Below are positions 35,351-47,800 of a DNA stretch of 64,000 bases, piece by piece. The translations under genes were made by a program, and so were the position numbers. The notes under the pieces are model-generated. The model searched no databases and was not told where the DNA came from. It worked only from the letters and a program-made list of their open reading frames with translations. Within the stretch, counting starts at the first letter, position 1, and every line of letters starts with the position of its first letter. The DNA is from Schmidtea polychroa (Eukaryota), in NCBI GenBank assembly GCA_044892525.1, contig CM097885.1:27964001-28028000 (forward strand). The letters run 5' to 3'.

Positions 35351-38300
35351 TTAAAAGGATGATATTATGAAAGTAACATTTGTAGAAGTCGTAATGGTAA
35401 CAATAATGATGTCATGTTATTAACGTAAAATTTGTCCTGAATTTAGAGATGATGATGAAATTTATAAAAGAAATAATGATAATAGTAATGATCTTATGTT
35501 ATAAGGGTAATTTTTGTCATGATTTTAAAGATGATAATACTATTGGGGTAGAATTTGTTGATATAATAATGGTCGTGATATTAAGAATGCTAATATTTAT
35601 TAATATAATTTTGTAAAAATAATAATGGTAATAATAGTGATCCTAAAGATATTAATATTATTGGGGTAAGGTTTGTCGATATACTAATGGTAATGATATA
35701 ATATTTTTTAATGTAACTTTGTAAAATAATAATGATAATAATAATGATCCTAAAGATGATAGCATCATTAGGGCAATATGAGTTACGTTATTATCGAAAA
35801 AAAATGAGAATAAAATCTTTAAAACAATTTTCGAAATTTCGAAATTATTTTATAATTAATCCAATAGACCTGCAATGCCATAATTCAACTTATCTTCATG
35901 AATTTATATGGGATTCGTGCAACAGTACTTCGCATTTAGTAACATCAGGCATCTGAAAATAGGTATCTATACCATATATTGGGTTTGTTGAATTTGGCCT
36001 AGATTCGGGCTTTTAACTGCTATACGTTTGATTAACGATAATTATAACTGATATCAATTAAAATACATTGAACATTTTAGTTACTTCGTGCAATTAGTCG
36101 GCTGTCAGAGTACTTTTGTATGATTGAGTCTGGGATGTTTCCCGTTTAGATTTTCCTAATGATGTGTTTCCTATAGAATAGTTGAGTGTTCATTTTATGT
36201 ATGTAATTTACTGAAAGGTCGAATTAATTAAAATTTACCTACTTTCCCGATTCAACTGAATACGGTACGATAGGCCCTATTGTGTTATTTACCCGCGATT
36301 AGTATCCCAAAAATTGTTTCATCCGCATAGTCCCTATGACTATACCAAATACCAAGATGGATTTACCCGCCCTACTCATGGTTAAACACCAATAGTTCGT
36401 GGCGACCTCTGGCTAAAACTATAATTTTTGTGCATGTAGGGTCGTAGACCCGTCCTTTGTGAATGCGAATGATTTTAAGTTGGGAAAAAGGCTGGTCAAC
36501 GTCACGAGCTATATACGTCTACGCAGACGTTGATCACTCTTGTTCAGCATAGTGAATATAAAATAAACAACAAAAACAAAAATTAAATAAAGGGTGGAAT
36601 TTAATTCTAATGCATTTAATAAGAACACGGGTGATCATATAATAAAAATAATCAAATAAAACTATCATTATAATAATAACAATCAATGGTTCTTACTATT
36701 GGTTGTGGTTCCCAGATCTTCAACAAAAAATTTTGGCATAAAGATTATTTTGTAACTAAAATGAGTCGGTATATATACCTATTTTTGTGTGTGCAAGTAC
36801 ATGTGTATGTATTGATGCATTAAAACAAACTCGAATTCTTTTTATTCTAGAATTTTCTATTTTCTATTTTTGATATTTTTAATGACAATTTTTGCGCCAT
36901 AATTTTTATTTTTATTTTTAAATTTTTATTTTCTAATTATTTCTTGCTAATTTTACCTCCATGATGGATTTGCAACGGTTCCAAAACATTCCATATTACT
37001 TTTAATTTAATTTTTATTTTAAGGATGTTTTTCCTAATTTCTTTTTAAGAATTTTTATTTTTATAACTAATTTATTTCATTTGATTACTTTTATTGTTTT
37101 ATATGGCTTTCATGATGGTTATCGCCATTCTTATGAAATGTTCTGGGATTTTCTAGAATTTTTTCGATGTTTTACCATCTTTCTAAGCTATTCGAGTCTG
37201 GTTTTTGTAATTTAGTGTTTCTTTGCTGTTTTTGATTTAGTTTATTGCACTACTTCTTGCATCTGTATCATTTTATTTAATTTCTGTGTTTATTTTTTTG
37301 TTATTTTTCCTTTTAAATAATATTGTTTATTTGGTGTATTTTTCTATTTAACTGGACTTATTGCTATTTGCGTGCTATGTACCTACGCACCTTAGTCACA
37401 ATTAGAGTTTTGGGTCTAGAAATCAGTTCTAGCCCAACATAAAGTTGAAACCATCTAATTTTATCATGATGATATATTTGAAATCTACTTGAAAATTATT
37501 GTAAAATATACTGAAATTTGTGATTTAGTTTGAAAGATATATCATGTTATAATTGATTTAATTGGCTGAATCGATGAAGAATTAGGATCAATCAATATAT
37601 TTCATCTCTAGTTACGTATTTGATGGTAAATGTGGTGAAATATTTATAGAAATATTGATTTTAGTGAATTTTGATCTTTTAGTGGGTCTTACCACATGAA
37701 TTTAAATACTAAATTATTTCAATGGAAGAATGTTTGAAGTCTGTAACAATTAAATAAAATTCATATTTTGAAGAATTTCCTATGGATTTAAAGAGAATTG
37801 ATATATTAAAGTAGTGATATATTAAAGTCGGTTGGATTTAGTGAGGGTTTGGATAAGATGGTAATATATGATTTTTAAGGGGATGTTTAAAATGGTAGAA
37901 ATATTTGGTGAGGAATCGGTTAAGTTGGACATGTTTTGAAATCTCTATTTAAATCGACAATATTCTTATTGGTAAAATATCAAATTTTCAAGGGAAATAG
38001 TCAGTATTTAGCTATGAATTAATAATAATTCCAGTGAAATTATATCGTTTTAGAGGTTTATTAGGTCGTGATGAATGTTATTGCACAGTAATTTAGATTT
38101 AGAACAAGTTTTTATTAATTATCCACTGTTTTATTTAGGGTTAATGATCTATTTACTTGGTTTTGACAATGAAATATTCGAAATCTTTAGAATTAATTGG
38201 GATTGATATCAATGGTTATTGCTTAAAATTATTTTATTTAAGAAGTTATTTTATTCATTGTGGGGATATCAGTGACAAAACTTGAGAAATATTGACTTAA

Positions 38301-40300
38301 CAGTTGGAAATCGACAAACGCTAAAGAAAATTGATCTTTATTGAAGGAATTTTATGATTTTAATTAGATTTCTAGAAATTAAATCGGTTGAATATTAAGG
38401 ATAAAATCTACTGAAGGAATATTGTTATCGGATGGATAAATCTTTCAATGATATTTTGCTAAATTACATTTGTTAAATATTATTTTAAATGACTAAAGAA
38501 GAGAAAATTAACCAATATTCATAAATTGATCACACAAAATATCCATGTTTTGGTAAAAGTTACTCAAACATCTTAACCTATATAACCATGTATTTCTCAC
38601 AAAGATATATTACGCCCAATGATCGTCTCATTAAATTAGAAAATAATTGTTATTTTATAATATATATTTCTAACTAATCATATTTCTATTATGACTTCTT
38701 TTTGACTCAAACAAAGATAGAAATTTACTCCAAATGATAAAGACTTTCTACCAAAATTATCAATGAATATATGTTGTTATTAATAACCATACATTTCTCA
38801 CGAAGTTATATTAACTATTGTAATTAACATTAGATGAATAAATTACCTATGAAATACTAAATATTCATATCTTACCTTTTGCTAAATATTATTTTAAATG
38901 ACTAAAGATGACAAAGTTAACCAATAAATTAGTCACTCGAAATAAGAATTCGGTAAGTTACATTCAAAATATTCAAATTATTCACTAATTTCTGATATCT
39001 ATGATCATCCATTTCTCACTAAATTACCTAAGAATTTTTAACTAATATACATATGCCTTAATTAATATACCCTTGCGACATGTTGAATGTTACCAGTACT
39101 CTTACGACAAATACACATAGGGGGACAGAATATTCTGTCGGATAAATTCAGACTATATATAAAAACTTACAATATGCTATGGTCTTTATTGATTAATTTG
39201 TTGTATATTGCATTGATACATCAAAATGTCAGATAATATTTATAAATTAACTAAAAAATACACAAAAATACTATATTACCTAAGAATTCAGTTATGTTTC
39301 TAGTTAAATAATTGAAATAATTGATATATGTATCAACTATATAAAAATTGTTATGAATCCAAGAATATTTTAATTAAATGGTACAGCCAAAAACCAGGGA
39401 TTTCTAACTAAATTGGTAAATTTATCTGAAAATATTTTACTTAAGAAATCGCTATATATTTAAAATAACCTTTCACTAAATTGCCTAAAAATTTGCTATA
39501 TGGTATTGTTAAATAAAATAATCTTAATAATAAAATTAAAAATAATAATATTATGTCAAGGCATGAAAAAATAATATAATTGTATGACTAATAAATTTGC
39601 AATACAAGTGCATAATTAACAAAGACTTTGCAATAAATGGGCATGATTAACAAAGACACTAGAAATATTATCTTTGCATTTTGTCGAAGATGATTATGGC
39701 AGTAATATCAGAGGAGAATCAATGGACAGAAGCATCATTATGATTTATAATAATTGTAAATATAATTGTATATATAATTGTATATAATATATAATGTTAT
39801 ATAATTGTAAATTTCCATATATATATAAGTAACACTATTTAAAAGATTAATACAAATATTAAAACAAAATGAATTAATAATGAATATGTTTTAATCAAAA
39901 AGTATTACAATAAAACAATAAATTTATAAAAACAAATTAAAACATTTATTTACGAAACAATAATTACCAATACTACTGCGACACATAATGTCAACTTTAA
40001 AATATTGGTTAGGGTTTCTTCGGCTTTTCCAACATCTTCATCGTTCTTGCGAAGATCTTTTTCCATTTTGATGAACTCATGGGTATATTTCATTCTGAAT
40101 AATCTAAAATAATATTATAAATACCAAACCATTCCATTCATCATATCATCACCATTTGGTAGTTGCGTTCGTGCCCAATATATTTAATTACCAAGATTTC
40201 ATATTATTCAATGTTTGAAAATTTTCTACATTATAGTACCGTCATTATGTATGGTAATAATTCATTTGACTTTGATATTGTATTGATTTGTATTGAGAAC

Positions 40301-40746
40301 TTACATGTATATAGTATGATATTCATTAATCTGTGTTGAACAGGCTTGACAATTGTGAACATTCTTCTCGTGACACTTAGAACAAACAATTACGTGACCA
40401 CACGGTAAATACAAAACCAAAACTTGATTTTCTTTACAAATTGAACAAGTTAGATACCTTTTCTTAACATCGTTCAGTTTTTCCGTTAGCTTATTTTCAA
40501 TCAAATCGGCTTTTGCTATCCATTCATAAATCAATCTACTATATCCCGGTTTCAACCTTAAATACATGCAACTCCAAAAGTATTCATTCAGTGAATCGTT
40601 GTTTACCACTGTTTTTTCTAAATACATTAAATAACTAGATAACTTCAAAATGCATTTATCATAATTAAATAAATCAATCAAATATTGAATAGAGGAATGT
40701 TTGAAAATTTTTTAAATATTTATGATTTCCTTATCAGTGTAAGTAT
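40301..40746 (-). pseudogene. IAP/MDM2-type C3HC4 RING-finger gene, 3' part (5' part at 57413-57525)
   Basis: CSICKENQVLVLYLPCGHVIVCSKCHEKNVHNCQAC...HTIYM* is a C-terminal RING-HC. The frame continues across the LTR element insertion, with one in-frame TAA upstream of the RING ORF. Confidence 0.75.
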
Positions 40747-42290
40747 TGTTGGGCTGAAACCCAGAACTGAGAGTTTGTTTTAATCGATCGAAAAAAACCT
40801 AACACAAAAACCGCAAAGTTGGAAAATTTATGACCAAGGTTTAATTTAAAATAAATGAAATAAATTACATCACACATTAAGAACCAATAAACCCCGTATA
40901 ATAGAATAAGAGATAAATAAATTTAACAAAAAATTCAACACTTAAAAATTTAAATAGAAAAATAATAAAATATAAAATAGAATTAGTTGAAAATTATTTA
41001 AACAATATAAAAATTAAATCGTCAAAAATACTAAAATTAGTTAGCATTATATAAATTGTAAAGTTTATAGAATTAAATGGTTATTTAACTTATTAAATTT
41101 AAAGAATAAAAATGTTTAAATTAATAAAAATTAATATAACTCAAATTATTTAAATTATAAAATTTATAAAATTAAAATTAATAAAAATTAAATAAGAAAT
41201 TAATTAAATTTATTGAATTAAAACAAATAAACAATTGCACACACTCATGCAGGTATGCAAGACTAATTAAAAATTTCTCGCACTCTGATTGGATAGAGTG
41301 GCAGCAAATGCATGAAAAATCAGTATAAATACTGATCACAAATTCATTTAGGACTACTTTTTCTCTAACATCAAAATTTAGTTGTAGCCAGTGAAGCTCT
41401 CAGTTTTCGATTTTATGCCCACGTGGATTTGGTAATTTATTTTTTATTGTTGTAGTAATTTTACGAGATGATTAAATTTAATATGCAATAAAATTTTTAG
41501 TTAAATTTTCTTTTGTTATTTTCTTTTAATTGTTTAATTTCATTTAGTTGCAGATATTAAATAATAATTTTTATTGTGTTCAATTTTTATACTAACTGAT
41601 TACGAACGTTAGTACCGCTGAATTGAGATTCAGCATATCATGGTTTGAGGTACCTTCGGGATGCTCAGACTGGTGGGTATGCTGGTTTTTCAATCGCGCA
41701 GCTGGATTGGGCCGGAATGTGGGGGCTTCCTCACGGGTCCTATCGCTGGAAGTACTGTGGTCAAATGTAGGTTAGGACTGAGAATACAGGCAGATCCCTG
41801 CTCAAATTTTTTGAAGTATAACGTAAATATTATGGGAAGCGTGGATTAACTTGAAAATAAGGGCCAATCCCTGCTCAAATTTTTCAAAGGATAATTTAGA
41901 TATTGTAGGAAGTGTAGAACAATAATTATTAGCTGGAAAATAAGGGCGGATCCCTGCACAAAATTTTATAAGAGAACAATTAGAAATACCCGTAATTAAG
42001 GACCAACAACGATTCAAAAATAGCATACACAGTGAATAATGACGTAAGACCTTCTATCGGCAGTCTAGAACCCGAAAAGAAAATACAATGGGGAGTAGTT
42101 TTAGTAATAGAGCTCACCTGCTCATTGTTTTTTTCGCCTTTGTGTACAGTACCAACATGGTCGTCACCATGGGTACACAAATGGTTTAAATTTTAATAGT
42201 CATGGAGGTGCTTAGGAAAGAGTCGAACGATTATGATTACCCCTAACGCATTTTAAAATGTAAAAATGATACACCCCTAAGTAACCAACA
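40747..42290 (+). repeat. 5' LTR
   Basis: TGTTGGGCTG...GTAACCAACA; direct repeat of 55869-57412; TATA-like GTATAAATA at ~41323. Confidence 0.95.
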
Positions 42291-42297
42291 TGATTTT

Positions 42298-42315
42298 TGG
42301 GGGCTCAGCCGGGAT
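42298..42315 (+). promoter_or_regulatory. Primer-binding site complementary to the tRNA-Pro 3' end
   Basis: TGGGGGCTCAGCCGGGAT versus canonical PBS-Pro TGGGGGCTCGTCCGGGAT, 7 bp after the LTR. Confidence 0.8.
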
Positions 42316-43429
42316 TAGTTCTGATTAAAATTTCTGTTGACTAATGTGAAATTCTCCAGGATTTATATATATCAAATTTCGTTTGTCGGAAAACCACGAA
42401 CGAATAATAATCGCTCTTAATCGAAAATTTTGTGAATTCTAAAACAAAATACCAGAAAACTACGGAAAAAAGGAATAATAGCAAATTGCAAAAAAAAATT
42501 TTAAAGGAATTAAAAATTATATTAGAAATAAAATTAATTATTAGAAACATAAAATCGGAAATTTGAAATAAAAATATATGTGGAATTAAAATTAATTATA
42601 TTAAAATAGGAATAAAGTAGAAACATTAAAAATAGAAATGTAAAATAGAAATTAAGTTGGTAATAAAAGTAATTACGTTAAAGTGAACAATTAAGGAGAA
42701 TCACAAAAAGCAATATACCGGTATATCAAAACAAAATCAAAAACCAAAATCAGCTTCCAAAATAGCTATTAAGTCACAAATAGGAAGGATAAGTAGAACT
42801 TATAAAACCCATGGCTAAGTAATAACATAATCAAAGTCCGTTAAATAATATAAAGGAAACTTAAAAATGTTGGAAGTACCAACCACCCGAAACAAGGACA
42901 ATTATGAGACAATGCATTAAGAAACGAAATCTTAAATCAAACTTCATCGGTACAAGGCAGGCTAGGTAGGAAACAACAGAGTAAATAATAAATAATAGAA
43001 CATAATAAATTTATAATTTGAATTAAAAGGTAAATAACAGAATATTGAATACATAACAAAAGTACCAACAATTAAAAAGACCAATCAATTTAAAATATAT
43101 GTGAAAATAAATATAATGAAAATCAATGCACATGAGAAAAATACATATATATTTATATACTCACAAGGGTGAAATAAATTCAAACAGGATAAGAAATCAA
43201 CAATTCGATTATCTGATAACTTGAGAAATTTGGTAAATAGGAACATGTTTTAAGACCAATAGATCGGATATTATTATATTCCAGCATGAATTTTGAATTT
43301 ATATTTCATTCAGTAAGAAATTCAGTGAAGCATTGTGGATTCATATTTGATTGGTCAATCCACGGTTTTACAAGCATTCACCCATTGACATTCTTCTTCT
43401 TGGGGTTTGCAGAAAAATGAGCTAAATCT

Positions 43430-44070
43430 AGAAAAGTTTCTACATAATCAAAAAAATTAGCAACGCATAAACTTACCGGTGTGCAAAAAATTAATGTTCA
43501 GAGTGTTGAGAAATGAGTTCTGAGTATTGACTGTATTTATTGTGTGTGTAATAACCGGCAATTCCGGTGTGCGAATTTGTGTGACATGACATGTCACAAC
43601 TTGTCACAGCGAGTCCAGTTTGTGGTTGACTGCGATGTGTGCCAGTCTGAGTTTTCTCGTGAGATCAATGAACAAACACACAGACAATTGGCACAGATGT
43701 ACTCGCTTTCCATAATTCTCTCTTACTGTACGTATGCATGTGCGGGTTGTGTGTATGCGTGGCATAGCCTCGGTCGATTCTCGTTTCGAGATGAGTTTGT
43801 TGTCTCACTTTGTGAAATGCCGCTATCAATATTTCATTTTGATTGAGAGACACTCGAGAGCGGCGCTGGTGGCATTAGGCCACAATTTATCTGCCAATCA
43901 AGTAGGCGGTCCGTTTGATGTGTCGATACCTATATGTCGGAGGAGACAATGGTCGATTATAATCAGCAACAAATACAGACAATCGTAGTTTGATATTTCT
44001 ACACACATACGTGTACACATACACACTAGAACGTACACCCGTTTCCACATGTTAAAAGTCTCTATAATAC
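43430..44070 (-). pseudogene. Degenerate C2H2-zinc-finger-like gene relic inside the LTR element
   Basis: Broken Cys/His-rich motifs (YDCLY...LLRHIGIDTSNGP; QQTHLETR; CGNG) and a short GT-AG intron at ~43428-43476. A paralogous inverted segment lies at ~45140-45400. Confidence 0.35.
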
Positions 44071-44420
44071 ATGTTGGTGTGTTCATCTATCGATGACTCA
44101 CCATTTATGAGAATGTTTATTTCATTTTTTCATTCTCAATTCAATAATATTTATGGTTTTAGAAGTAAGTTTTTTAAATTTAAGTATATTTTAAGGCTTG
44201 AATTTTGATTTCATATAATTATGAGATCATTATTCAAGCTCTTAAATATTACTTGTAATCAGCATTTATAATATATTTATAATATATTGATAATTAAATT
44301 TCAGGTGCTTTTTTAGGTATTTTATGATATGTTATGAATTTGGAATTATTTCAATAAAATGTAAGTTATATATATTTTTAACTAAAAAGAAATAAAATAA
44401 TCACCAAAAACATTTATTTT

Positions 44421-44892
44421 TTAAGAAATAATGGTTCCAATCGATTTTTTGGAGATTCCCAGTAATCTTCCAAAATCTTTATAATTTTCTCCATTTTCAT
44501 ATGCATTGATGAGACGGATTTTGTCATTTTCTGAAATTCTTTGAAAATATTATTTTTTTTTAGTTATTAAAATTTACGATTTTCGAATTTTTTTCTTCAA
44601 TTCCAAAGATGTCGATGGAACTTGTTGAATATCTTCACACAAAGGCGTTTGACTAGAAATATCTGATATGCTGTAAAATATTTTAATTATTTGTAATTAA
44701 ATGAAAAAATTCTTACATTGTCAATTCTTCACCTTCGCAAAATGGAAATGTCTCCAAAGAAATATCTGAAAATCTAAAGAAATATTAACTTCAAAAATAT
44801 TTTATAAATAGATCTTACGATGTTTTGTCGTCCATTTCTCAAAAACTCAAAGTTGAGTTGTCAGATTCAAAATCCAAATTTTTTTCAGCCAT
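44421..44892 (-). pseudogene. Four-exon small gene ending in a Tc1/paired-like HTH, antisense within the LTR element
   Basis: GT-AG introns 44774-44818, 44671-44716 and 44539-44577 join in frame to MAEKNLDFESDNSTLSF*EMDDKTSFSDISLETFPFCEGEEL...ISENDKIRLINAYENGENYKDFGRLLGISKKSIGTIIS*. Confidence 0.55.
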
Positions 44893-47800
44893 GAATTTTA
44901 ATAATTTTAAATTAATGATATGTTAACAGTATGTTAATGACTCTCTACTTTCGGAACGAAAAAAGCTATATTAAATTTGCGTGTATTTTATATTATGTGT
45001 GCTGTGTTTGTATGTAAAATTATTTTTCTGTCACTTTCTCAATTCCTATAATAAAACTTTCTACATTCGGAACATTAAATTTTTGCACACAGGTAAGTTT
45101 GTGTGTTGCTATAATATAATTTTATCGATTTTTTTTTAGATTATAGAAACTCTTATATTGTGGAAACGGGTGTATTCAGAGATCTCTCACATTCACTGAA
45201 GGACTATTGAAATGTCTGTCAAGTGCAGGCAGGATGATTGGCATAGTCGAGACAATTATAGAACTGTCGGCTAGGGTTACACCAAAGCGCATTTGATTAT
45301 GTTCTGTCCCGGTTGGAGTGTATAAGTGTGTGCTCAAAAGTTGGTGTGCGCATTGTTGGTGTGAGATTTGGATGCAATTTGTATACATGTATGAATTGTC
45401 TACGTTCCTGAAAATCAGCCAATCAGAAACGGGATGTGTAACAATTATTTATTTCTCGATTTTAGATTTCATTTTTTGTAGATTTGGATTTTTGCTGTAG
45501 CGTTCAGATGAAATTGAAATTTTATGAGATTTACAAAACGAAAATGGAATTTGTTTTATTTGATGCTAACATGTCGATCAATTGGAATAAAGATTCGAAT
45601 ATTTACTTTTGAAAATGATGCTGGAAATTTGATTAGTTCTTCGATTCATTGTAATTCCTCTCGGTTCGTTTCGTTGTTTTTGTCGATGTCGAGTAAAACT
45701 TTGAGCGACTATCAAATCTTACATAAAAGACCATCAATGAATATCCATTTGAATTTTTCCCCAAATCAAATCCATCAATGCGTTAATAGTCAGTTTATTT
45801 TTCTGATATTCTGGATTTAGGTGTAGTTAGTGAAGGTATGTAATCTCGGTAATGTACTCATTACCCAAAAGCACATTTAATTATCATAACTGAGACATTC
45901 ATTTAGCTTTACCAAATAGGCTTTGTTTTGGATTTAGTTAATTTTAAGATTTTTTGTAAAAATAATGAATAAAGAAGTAAGATATTTATTTGTTTGTTCT
46001 GATATACATTGAATTTTTCATGGTTTATCTAAATTATCAAGAATTTAGGGAAGAATCTTTAATATGATTGTTTATGTAATCGAGTGATGGTCGAGTGCCG
46101 GTTGGTGTGTCGGCTTCGGTTGCGCCGTGGGTTTGTTCCGGTAGATCGGTTCTTTATTTTCAAGAGAGCGACTTTTCCGTACAGTATAGTTGGAATGGTT
46201 ATATATACTTTTCATTGATTTTATGAACTTTACTAATTAAATCAAGTATGTTTTATAAGTATTTTAAAATTCAGTTTTTAAGAAAATTATGTATGGCTTT
46301 CTAATTTTGATTTAATTGATTAAAATAAAACAGAAAATTGTCAAATTTGCATGCATGAAAATGATTATTAATTATGTTACTATGGCATTTTGTACTTGTA
46401 TATAAATTTATATGCACTTAAATAATTATTGTTAGTCAGTAATGGGATAATCAATGTATTGCTTTTGTGGGCACAAATAGAGATATTTTTCGTTGATTAA
46501 ATTGCATGGGAATGATGAATTAGTAGTCTGTTTTGAGTTTTGTTGTGGAATGATTGTTCTGACTCGTGATAATATTTATGTTATAAAACTATGAAATGTG
46601 AATTTTTGAACAAATATTGCCAAATTGGTGAATGAATGTAGTGATGGTCTTCGTAGTATGGAAACCTCTTGGAAGGTACACTGATAGATGAAGATGTAAT
46701 AGTATGAATGATTATATGCATACGATATATAAGAATGTATGGATTAGGGGGTTTATGAAAAAGCAAGCTACATATGATTCTGATATTGAGTTGTCGATAC
46801 ATACAGTGTATGATAAGGAATGTTTAAACCAATTATGCTCTACATGTAATACTTTCTACACATACCAAAACAAGGATAGAGTACCCAAGGATGTTAAAAG
46901 GCGTCGGTAAAAGGAAAAGATTAAACCCTAAAGACGATTGAATAAACATTCAAATGTAAAATACGATAAAACTCGACAATAACAAAGCACCAAACGATAA
47001 ATAAAGCAAATGATAACCATGCCTTAGCTTCTGCAAATGCGAATCTGAGACGAACGACATTAAGGATAAAAGAGATGAGTTTACCAGACGAAACAGAGCG
47101 AATCAACATATTTTACTGAAAGTAAAAGAAAGTGAAGACATGGAAATGACATCGAAAAATCACGAATAGAAATAATAACTATATCTCATCAACACCTAGA
47201 ATGAACAAAAGCGTTAAGTAAAAGAACAAACACAAGAACTAAACTTGTCTGTAGGATAGATGAAGGGATAAAACTTGCTGGTAACTCGAAAAATAAATCT
47301 GAACCAAAGACAATCGAGAATAACTGTTAAAAAATAAAATCACAGTATAAAAATGGAGCAAAAATAAATCGAAATAAAATCTCCGTGACAAAGGCACGGG
47401 AGCTAAGTTAAAAGGCAGTGAAAAACTTTGCAAAATAGGCGAACATCACAGACACCAAGAGTACGTAGAAAATGAATTCTAAAACTTATGTAAACGACTC
47501 GGGAGAATAACAAAGTATATAGAGAAATCAATGAAAGTAAATATACAAGATACGAGAATAGCATGATGGATATCAACGAAAATGATCCAGCGAAAGAAAC
47601 CAGGAAGCTCAAGGTTAGCCAAAGTAATATGAATATAAGAGACGGTTATACGCACGATGCTCATATTAATGACCGGAACGAACTATGAAAAATTATCCAA
47701 CGTCAACAATAGAGAATGGGACACAATTAGAACCAGACGGGTGAAATATACAGTAAATAAAAGAGTACAGAACACTAAACTAAGAACAGTGAAAAGAGAT

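Larger units (their letters stand above)
31880..37439 (-). mobile_element. 5.56-kb TG...CA element, probably an unusually long solo LTR
   Basis: Minus strand starts TGTTGGGCT and ends GTAACCCACCA; 4-bp TSD TAAA (31876-31879, 37440-37443); host homology resumes across it. It shares an A-rich U3-like tract, TTGCACACAC, a TATA and a GTAACC..CA end with the 1544-bp LTR family. Confidence 0.65.
31225..39162. repeat. Diverged third copy of the Maverick-like arm unit (31225-31879 + 37444-39162), split by an LTR-like insertion
   Basis: 31225-31879 aligns with ~19013-19780, and 37444-38450 with ~19800-20830. The unit is bounded by outward-facing TATA modules at ~31400 and ~39150. Confidence 0.8.

Noticed and set aside
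41661..42180. ORFs duplicated at 56783-57302
   Set aside because: Short chance ORFs within the LTRs; their identity simply reflects LTR duplication.
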